A program made the translations under genes and the position numbers. From Octopus sinensis (taxonomy: Eukaryota), in the NCBI RefSeq assembly GCF_006345805.1, contig NC_043012.1, positions 54,064,001 to 54,128,000 on the forward strand: DNA of 64,000 nucleotides. The letters are read 5' to 3'. Shown here piece by piece: positions 1-12,330 of this stretch. The notes below the pieces were generated by a model, which searched no databases, was not told where the DNA came from, and worked only from the letters and a program-made list of their open reading frames with translations. Numbering within the stretch: the stretch's first letter is position 1; each line of letters begins with the position of its first letter.

Positions 1-70
1 CCAAACACACACATATACACTTACACATAAACAAACGCAAACACACACACATACACACTCACACACAATA
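1..70. repeat. (CA)n-type microsatellite
   Basis: Imperfect CA/CATA run at the window start. Confidence 0.9.
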
Positions 71-410
71 ATGTGTACCTACGAAGTAGTTTCAAATCGA
101 CATTAACCATATGGCTATGCCTCCGATTATTGAGTTACTTAATTTCTAAACAATGTATCTATTTTTTTCCTTCACCAAAAAATATAGTGCTGCAGTGTTT
201 CACTCGCCACAACTTTTGTAATTACGTTGAAATCTATGCTTCTCAGATGAGTCTATAAGGAGAGCAAAATATATTTGAATTCGTCTCTTCTATATGACGA
301 AATAATACAGTCATTAATTGATATCATTTGATTATCTTTTTTATCATTTTTACCTCTCCGATTAATTATTTCTAGTTAACACTTATACTCCCACTGTATT
401 TTTGCGCTCG

Positions 411-540
411 CTTTGGTCATGACTAACTTGGGACTTCTCTGGTCCCTCTTTCGGGCTCTCTTTTGTCATGACTAACTAAGGGCTTCTGTGGTCACTCTTT
501 TGGGCCCTCTTTGGTCATGACTAACTTGTGGCTTCTGTGC
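411..540. repeat. ~49-bp tandem repeat, about 2.6 copies
   Basis: CTTT(G/T)GTCATGACTAACT recurs at 411, 460 and 509, with similar linkers. Confidence 0.85.
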
Positions 541-800
541 CTGAGGAGTTCCGTTTCAAGACACAAGGCCTGATGATTTAAAAAAAATTTTTGGTTGGCT
601 TTTTGTTTGTTTGTTTTTACTACCATTTGCCCCGGCATGTAAGGCTCAGTCCTCCGCACTATCGATTATGTCCAGTGGAAGGCAAGGTTGATACGACTTA
701 GCACCAGTACCATCGCAACCTCCTTTGCCTTCAGAACGCTGATAATCAAAACAGATGTCACAAAGCTAACAATTCCACGAATTCACCGCCTCTGATTTCA

Positions 801-1160
801 TTTATTTTTTACTGTTTCAGTCACTGGACTGTAGCCATTCTGTAGTCGAACAAATCGCCACCTTTACAACCAACAAGTACTTAGTTTTTTAAAGTCTAAT
901 ATCTATTACATCGGACTCTTTTGCCGAACCGCTAGACTACAATGATGTAACTAACCAACAATCGGTGGTCAGAACAAACATAAAGGCATATATACTTACA
1001 TATATACAACGGGCTTCTACACAGTATTCTTCTACCAAATCCACTCACAAAGCTTTGTTTGATGCGGGGCCATTGTAGAAGGCACTTGCCCAAAGTGCCA
1101 TACTGTAGAGCTGAACCACAAACCACATGATTGCAAAGCTATCTTCTAAACCATACAGCC
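801..1160 (-). mobile_element. SINE family A (tRNA head + CORE-like body), degenerate copy
   Basis: Reverse complement of the family A consensus seen at 36651-37068 and 53812-54298. Confidence 0.8.
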
Positions 1161-1164
1161 ATAA

Positions 1165-1385
1165 CTGAGCCAGGGCAGAATCGTTAGAACGCCGGACAAA
1201 ATGCTTAGCAGCATTTCGTCGGACTTTATGTTCTGAGTTCAAATTCCGTCGAGGTCGACTTTGCCCTTCATCCTTTTGGAGTCGCGGAAATAAGTACCAG
1301 TTGTGCATTGGAGTCGATGCAATCGCCAAACACACTGTGCACAAAATTTCAGGCCTTGTACCTATACTAGAAAGGATTACTATTA
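1165..1385 (+). mobile_element. SINE family B, B2-type tail
   Basis: GGCAGAATCGTTAG head, B box GAGTTCAAATTCC, GGTCGACTTTGCC core, tail AAATTTCAGGCCTTGT...AAAGGATTACTATTAT. Confidence 0.8.
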
Positions 1386-1391
1386 TCATCA

Positions 1392-1775
1392 GATGTTGCT
1401 GCGTTGTAAGAAGCTTGCTTCCCAAACACATGGTTCCTGGTTCAGTGCCACTGTGTGACTTGGGCAAGTGCCTTCTACTACAGCCTGGAGTAGATCAAAG
1501 ACTTAAAACTGGGTTTGTTAGATGGCAACTGAAAGAACCCTGGCGAACATATGTGTGACATTTTGTGTTTGAACCTGTCCCCCACCACCGCTTTACAACC
1601 AGATTTGGTGTGTTTAAGTCCCCGTAACTTGACGTTTCGGCAAAAGAGGCCGATAAAATAATTACCAAGCTTAAGAAAGAAAAAATAGTACTGGAATCGA
1701 TTCATTCGACTAAAACTTCTCCAATGCGGTGCCCCAGCATGGCCGCCGTCTGATGACTGAAGCAAATAAAAGAAA
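1392..1775 (+). mobile_element. SINE family A
   Basis: Head ...GGTTCAGTGCC, CTTGGGCAAGTG core, tail GCGGTGCCCCAGCATGGCCG...GACTGAAGCAAATAAAAGA. Confidence 0.8.
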
Positions 1776-1844
1776 CAAAATAATAAAATCAATATCTGAC
1801 GCCGGATGCATTTAAATGAGGAACGAAGAGAATTAAAAAAAATA

Positions 1845-2560
1845 CCTATTTCTTTACTACCCACAAGGGGCTAAACACAGAAAGGACAAACAAGGACAGA
1901 CAAACGGATTAAGTCGATTATATCGACTCCAGTGCGTAACTGGTACTTATTTAATCGACCCCGAAAGGATGAAAGGCAAAGTCGACCTCGGCGGAATTTG
2001 AACTGAGAACGTAGCGGCAGACGAAATACCATTAAGCAATCTGCTCGAAGCTAGCTGCGGTAGGATTTGAACTCCGAAGGCCGTAACTGAATGCAGCCAA
2101 AAAAAATATTTTTTTTTGGCTGAAATTTAAAAAAAAAGCAAACTGGTTCTTATTTAATCGACCCCGAAAGAATGAAAGGCAAAGTCGACCTCGGCAGAAT
2201 TTGAACTGAGAACGTAACGGCAGACGAAATACCATTAAGCAATCTGCTCGAAGCCAGCTGCGGTGGGATTTGAACTCCGAAGGCCGTAACTGAATGCAGC
2301 CGAAAAAAATATTTTTTTTAGCTGAAATTTTAAAAAAAGCAAACTGGTTCTTATTTAATCGACCCCGAAAGGATGAAAGGCAAAGTCGACCTCGGTGGAA
2401 TTTGAACTCGGAACGTAGTGACAGACGAAATACCTATTTCTTTATTACCCACAAGGGGCTAAACACAGAGGGAACAGACGAAATACCATTAAGCAATCTG
2501 CTTGAAGCCAGTTGCGGTGGGATTTGAACTCCGAAGGCCGTAACTGAATGCAGCCCCCAA
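1845..2560 (-). mobile_element. Composite tandem array of SINE B segments with a second B-box segment (~203-bp unit)
   Basis: ATTAAGCAATCTGCT at 2031, 2234 and 2488, alternating with the SINE B core. Confidence 0.8.
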
Positions 2561-3029
2561 TTTTTTTTTTTTTAGCTATAATTTTAAAACAAGCAAACAA
2601 GCACTTTACTCAGTGCTCCATTCGTTCCTTCCCTACACCAAATTTGCCAGTTTCGCATTACAAATGTTTACTAGATGATGTTTAAACGTTTTATAAACAC
2701 CATGTGTATAAAATATATACATTTAAAGAAGCTGCTCTATTATTGTTTATGTTCGTTATCTACCGTTGTAACAGTAAGGTTTCATAGTGTGAGAAACGCA
2801 TAAAGGGATGGTTGTTTGTCATATATGATACGAGCAAATTTGTATGAAACGAAGAACATTTTGGATAAAGGGCCTCAAGTTTGGATATGATAATTGAGTT
2901 TTCTAGCCATGGAACCCCACCAATGAGGAAATAATTGGAAAATCTTGAAAATATGCAACAATGATTTCCAAACCAGAGATGTCATTCTAAGAAATTCTTC
3001 AACAATTGCTTCTAGGCTCACGTCTTTGT

Positions 3030-3830
3030 GTTTGTTTTATTTTTTGTCGTGTTGTTCTTGTCAGTCACGTTGCCGTTGTTATTGTTGATGATGATGATGA
3101 TGATGCTGTTGTTGTTGTTGTTGTTGATGATGATGATGATGATGATGCTGTGGTTGATGTTGATAATGCTGATGATGTTCTTTTCGTCATTGTCATCAGG
3201 GTTGCTGATATTATTGTTGTTGTTGGTGGTGGTGGTGCTGGTGCTGGTGCTGGTAACGGTGGTAGGGATGGTAGTAGTGGTGGGGATGGTAGTAGTGCTG
3301 TTCCAGTTGCTGGTGTTATTGTTGATGTTTTTCTTGTCGCCATTGTCATCATGGTTGCTATCATTGTTGTTCCTGCTATCGTTGATGGTGGTGGAGGTGG
3401 TGGTGGTGGTTTTGGTGATTATGATGGTGGTGGTGCTGGTGGTGGTTGTGGTGGTAGTGGTGGTGGTGGTGGTTATGGTGGTGGTAGTGGTGGTGTTATT
3501 GTTGATGTTTTTATCTTGTCACCATTTTCATCTCATTGTTGCTGTTGTTGCTGTTCTTATCATTGCCTTCACCGTCACTTCCAAAATTGTTGTTAATGTT
3601 GTTGGTATTACTGCAACAACCGTTTCTGATGTCAGATGATATTGTTGCTATCGTAGTCGTTGTTGTTGCTAACATGGCTGCTGTTTCTTTTATTTTGGCA
3701 ACTGTTATTGTTATTGCATTTGCAGTTAACTATTGTTATTGTTGTAACTGCAGCTGGCATTCTCGTTACGGTTGTTGTTGTTGCTGTTGTTTGATTGTTA
3801 CTTGTAGTTTACTTATCTTTTGTAATATTG
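3030..3830. repeat. Low-complexity trinucleotide mosaic (GTT/GAT/GGT/GCT)n
   Basis: Runs of GAT, GTT and GGT; the ORFs here are homopolymeric peptides. Confidence 0.9.
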
Positions 3831-3879
3831 TTCTTGCTACGACTTTAGTATTTTATATATAGTCCTCGTTACAGCTTTA

Positions 3880-3915
<36 letters not shown>

Positions 3916-4419
3916 TCGAAGTACGATGCTAAAACATATATCCTCCTACAAAACTACACAATTAAGATCGGAGCTATAGCGCTTACCCACATTATGACAT
4001 CGTTTTCTTACGCAGCAAATTTCAGATTTAGAACATAAAACAGACGTTCCCACCATTCTAAAGACTGTACAGACTTTAATGAGAGATATTTAGCTCTTAC
4101 ATTGACAATACGAAGTTTAAAGAGGGATATTTAGTTGTCATATTGAGCGAGAGAGTAAACATTCATTTTCTAAAATCATTTAATCAAAGAAAAGAGCTAA
4201 GAGAAGCAATACACACAGATTTTCAGACTTCCTGAGCAATTAAGTTCGATGGAGATTGATGTTTCACTTGCTGTTTCGATGGAGGTTTGATATTTCGTCG
4301 TCGTTGTGGTCCTCGTAGTCGTTGTGGCCCTCACCGTCGTCGTTGCTGCCACCACAACGACCACAACTGCCGCCATTATTTCCATCTTCGTTGTACACTT
4401 CCGTCCATCTTTTGAAACG

Positions 4420-4860
4420 ATGAGAAAATTCTGGTGTCACCCATATGGCCTTCCAGCAGAACCCTCTCCAGCAAGAAATTGACCACAATCTCCAGCAGCT
4501 TCACATGGCCGTCTGAATTGAGCTTAAGATTCTATTCAACGATACAGGCATAAATGCATAAATTCAGGCGTGCAGACTCAGTCAGAACGCTGGTGTGTCC
4601 CTTCCTGCTAGCCATGGTTTCGTAGTCTCCATTGCAGCTGCCTATGTCATGTCTTACAGCCTCTTAGAGTTAACAGATCATTGAGTAGCAGTCACAATGC
4701 CGTCATTTTGCATACCCAGTGCAAATTATCCTGATACAGTTAACTCTTTACTAATATTCAGATGGCTTCCAGTCCTCCACACCAGCTAACATTTACTCAA
4801 CTAGGACTTTAATCTCTATGCTCTCCAACGCCATTAACTCTTCACCAACACATCAAGCTG
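4420..4860 (-). pseudogene. Highly decayed IS630/Tc1/mariner transposase remnant, possibly DD37D/maT-like
   Basis: Minus strand reads LKLNSDGHVKLLEIVV, then after a frameshift ...GRPY, resembling the segment before the second catalytic D. Recognised from memory only. Confidence 0.45.
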
Positions 4861-4931
4861 TTCCTCATAAAAAGAGACACAACAATTCGTCAAATTTAGG
4901 CCGGACATCCTGTGCATATGATACACACACA

Positions 4932-4990
<59 letters not shown>

Positions 4991-5166
4991 ATAAATATTA
5001 GGGAATAAATCCAAATTTACAGGGGAAAAAATCAGATTTAGGATTAAATCCAATTTTATAGTAAAATATTATAAAATATTATTAGAGACAAAACCACTAT
5101 TTTGCAAAACAAACAAGGAAAGACTTAATCAATACATAAAATTTTAATAAATAGTCAAAAAAACCG

Positions 5167-5209
5167 CCACTACAATTGTTTCTTGTCTTGATCGACAATC
5201 TTCAGGTGG
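5167..5209 (-). ncRNA. Minimal type-I hammerhead ribozyme motif
   Basis: Exact reverse complement of the motif at 5283-5325. Confidence 0.75.
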
Positions 5210-5282
5210 ACTTCCAATAAGTCAGTTTCAATTATGAAGTCATAATTATGACTTCATAATTTGAAACTGACTTATTGGAAGT

Positions 5283-5325
5283 CCACCTGAAGATTGTCGA
5301 TCAAGACAAGAAACAATTGTAGTGG
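5283..5325 (+). ncRNA. Minimal type-I hammerhead ribozyme motif
   Basis: CCAC-CTGAAGA-TTGTC(GATCAA)GACAA-GAAAC-AATT-GTA-GTGG: stem I CCAC/GTGG, perfect stem II, palindromic stem III loop, GUA cleavage triplet. Confidence 0.8.
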
Positions 5326-5412
5326 CGGTTTTTTTGACTATTTATTAAAATTTTATGTATTGATTAAGTCTTTCCTTGTTTGTTTTGCAAAATAGTGGTT
5401 TTGTCTCTAATA

Positions 5413-5468
<56 letters not shown>

Positions 5469-6139
5469 AATATTAGGGAGTATAGCTCCAAACTTACTGG
5501 GAAACATTCGATTTAGTATCAAATCAAATTTCACTGTATAAATACATAAAATATAAAATATGAATTAGAGATACTTATTTAGATACTTAATTTTAAATAT
5601 TTTATAATTATTAGATGTGAACTTAAATCAAAAAGTATGAATAGTGATTATTTTGTTAAATAATTTGGTAATTAAACATTGTACTATGAGTTACAGATAT
5701 TCGAGGGTTTATGTGTTTTAAAGCCATATTATATCTTCATAGATAAATACATATTTCTATCTATTTTTTACCTTTAAAATAAATATTTAACATAATAAAC
5801 GGGTTGTATGAAATAATCCTAAAGTTTCTAATTTAGATAATAGAGTTTTTATAAGAAAAATTATTAATTTATTTATTTCTTAAAAAATATTGTTTAACTA
5901 TATTTTCTTATTTATTTAACTATTATCATTAACCTGAAGATCGTAATGCAGTACGATCGTTTCATGCGACTCCATTTAATTGAACAATACAAACATTACA
6001 TCAATTTAAAATGTAGAGCAATATTCAGCTACATAAAAATATAGAATTTAGTTAAATTCGAAGGACTCATTAGTATAATTTTATCCAAAATCACCAAGAG
6101 GATAAGGAGATAGACAAAGAACATGTTTTGCCAACAACA

Positions 6140-6163
6140 TCACATGTATATATGTGTGTGTGC

Positions 6164-6216
<53 letters not shown>

Positions 6217-6221
6217 CATAC

Positions 6222-6270
<49 letters not shown>

Positions 6271-6345
6271 ATATATATATAATATATATATATATATATG
6301 CATATATTTGTGTGCATGTATGTTTATGCATGTGTGTGTGTGTAA
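6140..6345. repeat. (GATA)n + (TA)n + (TG)n compound microsatellite
   Basis: Read directly. Confidence 0.95.
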
Positions 6346-6654
6346 CAAACTCTGTAGATGATACCAGTTCAAATTGTATCTTCCAGCTTAACGCAGATAA
6401 CAAATACAGGAAGCAACTAATGCAAAATTTAAACAACGAACGTAAGACGAACCACATGAGCAAATTAACAACACCTTGAATAAAATATTCAAATAAAATT
6501 AAATTAAAATGAATTCGATTCAATTTACCATCATTTTATTTTCACAAAGAAAGTTTCATGGAAGCCACAGTTGTAATAGCATTACATTTAATAATGTACA
6601 TGATAAGCAAGAAAATAACGTGCGTTAATACGACAATGCGATAGCATATAAATA

Positions 6655-6657
6655 ATG

Positions 6658-6690
<33 letters not shown>

Positions 6691-6695
6691 TAATA

Positions 6696-6730
<35 letters not shown>
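6655..6730. repeat. (AAT)n microsatellite
   Basis: Read directly. Confidence 0.95.
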
Positions 6731-6731
<1 letters not shown>

Positions 6732-7366
6732 AGATAACATAATACGTGCCTATTCGTGGTTGTTGTTAATTCGATATGGTTTGGGAAAACTGTTGTAGAT
6801 TTGAAGAACAGTAATTGCTCTTTTTTTAAATTTCAATGGCTATCAACATCGAATAGTGAGCCACTGGGAAAACGCCTACGTGACTGCTGATCTTGCTAGA
6901 AGATTACAAAAAAAACTGTCGTGTCTTTCTAATATCTATATTTTATTTTTATCCTTCAGTCTTTGATCTGCGGCCATGCTAGTGCAGTGCTTCCAAAAGT
7001 GCTTTATTTTTTGGATTATTCGAATAAATAAACTTAAATCTAGTACGCGGTTTCGATTCTTGTCTGTCAGTTTTGTAGTTCATATCATATCATAATGAAC
7101 TTCAAATAACTGTTGTCCCTGGATTGATGCCACTATTTACGGCTTTTCGTGAAATACATATTTGGCGTTCCTGGATCACCACAGCCTTACATCTGAAACA
7201 TGTAAAAGAAGAAACGAATAAAAGAGGTGGTTAAATAAAAATAGGAAGTAGTAAAGTATATATGCTGATCAAATTAACGAGCTTGCTGACTTACAGTACA
7301 CAATGTTATTCGTAATGGTCAGTGATGGTCTTTGTCGGTGACGAGTGAGCAGCCATCATCAGCACG

Positions 7367-7405
<39 letters not shown>

Positions 7406-7851
7406 GGTGCCCCAGCATGGCCACAGCTCATTAGCTGAAACTGGAAAAATCAAAATCAAAATCAAATATATAAAGAGAGAGAGAGAGAGGGCATTACTAT
7501 ACATAAATGCCACACGCTAGGAGGGACTCTTAAGGTCAAAACTACCAAAATAAATAAACATCGTACGGAATGCAACTCTCGAAGCAAGTCATTTAAAAAC
7601 AGAATTTAGCTGCATATCACCGTAATTTCATGATTAGTACAGTAATGCACTTTTTAATCCCCAGTTCAAGCATAATTCAAGATTTATAACGAATGAACAA
7701 AAGCAACATACCAGAGGAACAACCAATGTATCCAACTTTATCCCACTTTTAAATATATATATATATATATAATATATATATATATATATAATATATATAT
7801 ATATATATTCATATTTTTCATTATTGAATTGATGAAAGGTGTTTTTTTCTA

Positions 7852-7910
<59 letters not shown>

Positions 7911-7967
7911 GTGAAGTATATTTGCCATCTCAGTATGGCTAACCACTAAGGGTGGATGTTACTGTAG

Positions 7968-8010
<43 letters not shown>

Positions 8011-8026
8011 CATTAAGAAAGAAATG

Positions 8027-8650
8027 TTTGATTTTGAACTGAAAGTTTATCTTACTTTATCTCAACAAAAAGCAATGCAGTTTACATATGCACTTAAATT
8101 ATCAACAAAATTTTGCCATTTTGTTGGTAGCTTATTTATGCCAACAGTCAAGAATTCTGGAGAGCAAGAGGTGATAAAATCACGAAAGGCTGTTTTTGCA
8201 TCTTCAGATTTGAAGTATTTTTCTTTCAAAAAATTTGTATAATGCCTGGAAAGTGTGATAGTCTGTTGGTGCAATATCTGGTGAATATGGTGGATGACAG
8301 AGTACTTCCAAGTTCAGTTCCTGTAACTTCAGTAGTGTTCTTTGTACAACATGTGGTCGAGCATTGTCTTGCAAGAGAATTGGCCTATCTCTATTGACCA
8401 ATCTCGATTGTTTAATTGTAAGTTTACACATTATATCATCCAATTGTATACATCCGCTGTAATTGGCTCACCAGGTCTCATGAAGCTGTAGTGGATGAAA
8501 CCAGCGCTGGATCACCAAACGGACACCATTAGCTTTTTTTTGGTGAATATTCTTTTTTGGATTGTGTTTTGGCACTTCGTCTTTATCCAACCACCGTGCA
8601 GAACACTTACTATTGTTGAAAAGAATCCATTTTGTTTTAAAGTACAGTGA
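8027..8650 (-). pseudogene. mariner (DD34D) transposase C-terminal remnant
   Basis: KWILFNN..ARWLDKDEVPKH..KKLMVSVW, PILLQDNARPH and HPPYSPDIAPTDYH motifs across broken frames. Confidence 0.9.
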
Positions 8651-8842
8651 ACTTAGAAGTGCATTATTCTAATGTTTTTTGGGGGTTTTTTTTGTATTTT
8701 GGTTTGTTTCATTTTCTTTCTTTCAAATTGAGTAATACATGAGTTGCGAGCAATTTGGCTGCTATTTCTAGTCAGTACAATGAGTACGTAGTATCAGTCA
8801 CTCTCAAAGTTAGGATTGTGCGTAGGAAAGTACTTCTAATAT

Positions 8843-9053
8843 TCTTTTATTCTTTTACTTGTTTCAGTCATTCGATCGCGGCCAGGTTGGAGCACCGCCT
8901 TTGGTCGAACAAATCGAACCCAGTACTTATCCTTTGTAAGCCTAGTACTTATTCTATCGATCACTTTTGCCGACCATTATGTTACGGGGACGTAAACACG
9001 CCAGCATCGGTTGTCAAGCGATGGTGGTGTGGGACAAACACAAACAAACAATC

Positions 9054-9086
<33 letters not shown>

Positions 9087-9276
9087 CTATATATATATAT
9101 ATATATATATATACGACGGGATTCTTTCAGTTTCCACCTCCCAAAATTACTCACAAGGCCTTGGTCGGCTCCAGGCTATAGTAGAAGATACTTGCCCAAA
9201 GAGCCACGCAGTGGGACTGAACCCAGAACCATGTTGTTGGGAAGCAAGCTTTTTACCACACTGTCACACCTGCGCA
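8843..9276 (-). mobile_element. SINE family A with internal (TA)n
   Basis: Full head and tail with a central TA run. Confidence 0.9.
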
Positions 9277-9737
9277 TATTTCTGAGTATTTATGTTTATA
9301 TTGGTGTGCGTTTGTTTGTTAGTTGAGAACAGTTTCGAGGTGGGAGACCAAATAAACATTTAAAAAATGTTTTGCAAAGTTCAATTTCTAAAATACTTTC
9401 GTTAAAATAATTTCGGCAAAAATAAATTCTCAAAAAAAAAAGTGCAAATATAAGTAAGAATATTTCAAATATTATGCAGAATATTTTCGAATGTGACAAA
9501 TTCCTCCATTTTCAGCTTTCACAAGTCAGACAGCAAGCCACAAGCTGATCTGTTTCTACAATATGTATGTGGTTGGCAATTCACATATTTGGTAAATTTT
9601 CATCTCAGATAAGTTTGAATGGGAAAGAATGTGTCGTATTGATTTTATCGTTGATGAGCTGAAGCAAATTTCTTTAAAATAATATGTTAGCATACGTGCG
9701 TTAGAATGGTGGTGGTATGTTTTCAGCTTATGTACAT

Positions 9738-10062
<325 letters not shown>

Positions 10063-10300
10063 AAATTATTAAGGGTAGAAATTGATATTTATCAATTAAG
10101 ACCAGTGGTCTAGCATATTAAAAAAGAATCCGAAGATTAAAATTTATATATACCATTAAGGACTGAACACGAAACGTGGACAGTCAACATGCTAGATATA
10201 GACGTCAAATCGCCATTCACCACAAAAGATTATGTTCTCAGATCAAACTCAACACAAAACCATAGCAATAAACAAGTGAAAAATATACGAAATAAAATAA
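10063..10300. mobile_element. Dispersed repeat, probably a PLE-like terminal fragment; same family as 37349-37650 and 38024-38325
   Basis: Near-identical to those arms (GGACTGAACACGAAA..GTGGACAGTC...GATCAAACTC). The PLE assignment is inferred from its end structure. Confidence 0.6.
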
Positions 10301-10798
10301 TTACCCATGTACTAAATTAGTTTCAGCTGTTATTTTCCGCAAGGAAAACTGCAGCCATCATCAGCATGGACCATGCTGGTGATGGCGGTGGCGTCAACAT
10401 CGACAACGACGAAGACGACAATGTTAATACGTCAACGTATTTTCTGAAAACGAAGCGAAAATATTGGCACGCCTTATTCCTACTCCATGTTAAAATAATT
10501 TCATTTCACAAACCAGTTTAACAAATGTGAGGTGAGCAAGAATCAGTCTTTGTCATTAAGACATAATCAACTTTGAGGGATTAATTTGAGCAAATGACTT
10601 CCACTACTAATTATTCTATGTGACATATAATGCGATAGAGATTTTAACTTCACCAAAGTGTTTTGTCCTCGAAACCGAATAGTAAACGCTACCGGTCGGC
10701 GAACATAAAGTAATCGAAGGATCGTCTCCATACGATCTACTGCGATACAAGCTTATTTCATTCCTCTCAGTCCCATTTTTGCTTTATTATGTTTTCTA

Positions 10799-11355
10799 TT
10801 GGGTTGTCCGGAAAGTTCGTGCCGATTTTAGAGGAAAGAAAAAGGTCAATAAATACTTGCCATTACATTTTTAATCAACCAAATATGAACCGTTTTGTTG
10901 CACAATGCCTCTCCATCTTTCCTTGAAAATACCCACTTCCCAGAATTGAGGTACTTTCATGGCAAATAATTCATCAAGGTATCTTTTACGTCATCCAAGG
11001 AATTGAAATTTTTAACATTAGGACTATTCGTCAGAGACCTGAATAAGTGGAAATCCGAAAGAGCAATATCTGGTAAATAGGGGAGTAGGGTAACACATCC
11101 CAGCCGAGCTGCAGCAATTTTTGTCTGGTTCCCAAAGCATCAAGTGCCGAAAATAAACATTCTTATCTTCCAAGTTAAAGTGTTACAGAATTAACACAGG
11201 TTATAGGAACATAAACCTTCTTCCACGAAAAGATAGCTTAAACTGTGCTCTAAATAGAGGTGTAGTCAAATCCTATTTTATGGACTCAACTATGTTCTAA
11301 AATAAGTGGTAAGTTAAGCTACTATAAATCGGCACGAACTTTCCGGACTACCAAA
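10799..11355 (-). mobile_element. Non-autonomous mariner deletion derivative (~550 bp)
   Basis: TIR TTGGGTTGTCCGGAAAGTTCGTGCCGATTT and its inverse, TA flanks, and transposase N- and C-terminal remnants on the minus strand. Confidence 0.92.
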
Positions 11356-11517
11356 TAAATACCAATGCATTGAAATTAATGTCACATATTTCAAATTATA
11401 GAATACCGATAATAATCTCATTGTTGACGACTACTGAAATTATGAACATGTATATCCTTTTGTGTCGCTTCTTATCTCCTTTCATCTAATCCTTGTCACT
11501 CCCAGGTCTTTCCTTAT

Positions 11518-11552
11518 GTGTCTGACGAAGGAATATATCAGAAACGTTATAC
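11518..11552 (+). ncRNA. Degenerate minimal hammerhead motif (PLE-type)
   Basis: GTGT-CTGACGA-AGGAATATATCA-GAAAC-GTT-ATAC; stem II is weak. Confidence 0.45.
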
Positions 11553-11644
11553 TTTTAGTCAAACTTCTTTCCGTTGGTCGTTTTTATTTTGTTTATATAT
11601 AGCAGGCGTGCCTGTGTGGTAAGAAGCTTGCTTCCACTACACAT

Positions 11645-12330
11645 GTGCGAGTAATTGTGGTGTTTGGCACCAAAGCAGTGAAACTTGCTTTTGAAACCGT
11701 CTCGAATTAAAAAATTTTGAAGCTCCATTGTAAGGTAAGATTCTGTTTTTTGGGTCCAGTGGGAATTTTTGATGAGAATTTTTTTTGTACAGGCAGGAAG
11801 TCCTACTGGATTCAGAATTCTGGTTCTGCCTGCATGGAGTCAATTTTTTTTTCTCGCTGAATTGTGAGAATTTTTGTTTGGGGGCGTATTCGTCTTCCTA
11901 GTTGGCAGCTTATGTTGAGTGAATATTTTTCTCACTTAATTATGAGAATTGTTGCCTGGAAGAGTATTATTGTGCCTACTAAAAATTTATTCACTTTTTG
12001 AAGAATTTTAAAATACTTGTGAGAACTGCTGTTTGGGGGAGTGTCTTTGCCTCTGAAGATTGAACAATTTGTATACCAGTTTTTGCGGAAGTTGTGTTCC
12101 AGTTGTGGCGTTCCGGATTCAACCTAGGCCGGGAGTACCGAATGGCCGGAACATTTTTTTTTTTACTGTGTTTCTGAACTATTGACTTTCTTTCTTCCAA
12201 ACTTTATTTGACTTTCTCTTTTTTGTGAATTATTTCCTTTTCTTCTTTCCATTTTTATTGCGACTTTCTTTTGATTTCTTTTTTCTTCTCTCTTTTTAAA
12301 TTTTATTTTGAATTACTTTTCGAACCGTTC
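11645..12330 (-). pseudogene. Possible Penelope-like ORF remnant (GIY-YIG-like region)
   Basis: Broken frames give CLYKK...PYNGASK, a possible YxG motif. Weak similarity, recognised from memory. Confidence 0.35.

Larger units (their letters stand above)
4990..5421. mobile_element. Penelope-like terminal (pLTR) fragment folded back on itself
   Basis: 5071-5245 and 5246-5421 are reverse complements apart from a 1-nt indel; each arm contains a hammerhead motif. Confidence 0.75.

Noticed and set aside
3006-3862. Long ORFs (196, 203, 99 and 108 aa) on both strands
   Set aside because: They are translations of GTT/GAT/GGT trinucleotide runs, open in several frames, with no domain or splice context.
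5934-5965. CTGAAGA + TCGTA/TACGA stem as a hammerhead
   Set aside because: The stem is followed by TCGTTTC rather than GAAA, and neither strand gives a complete core.
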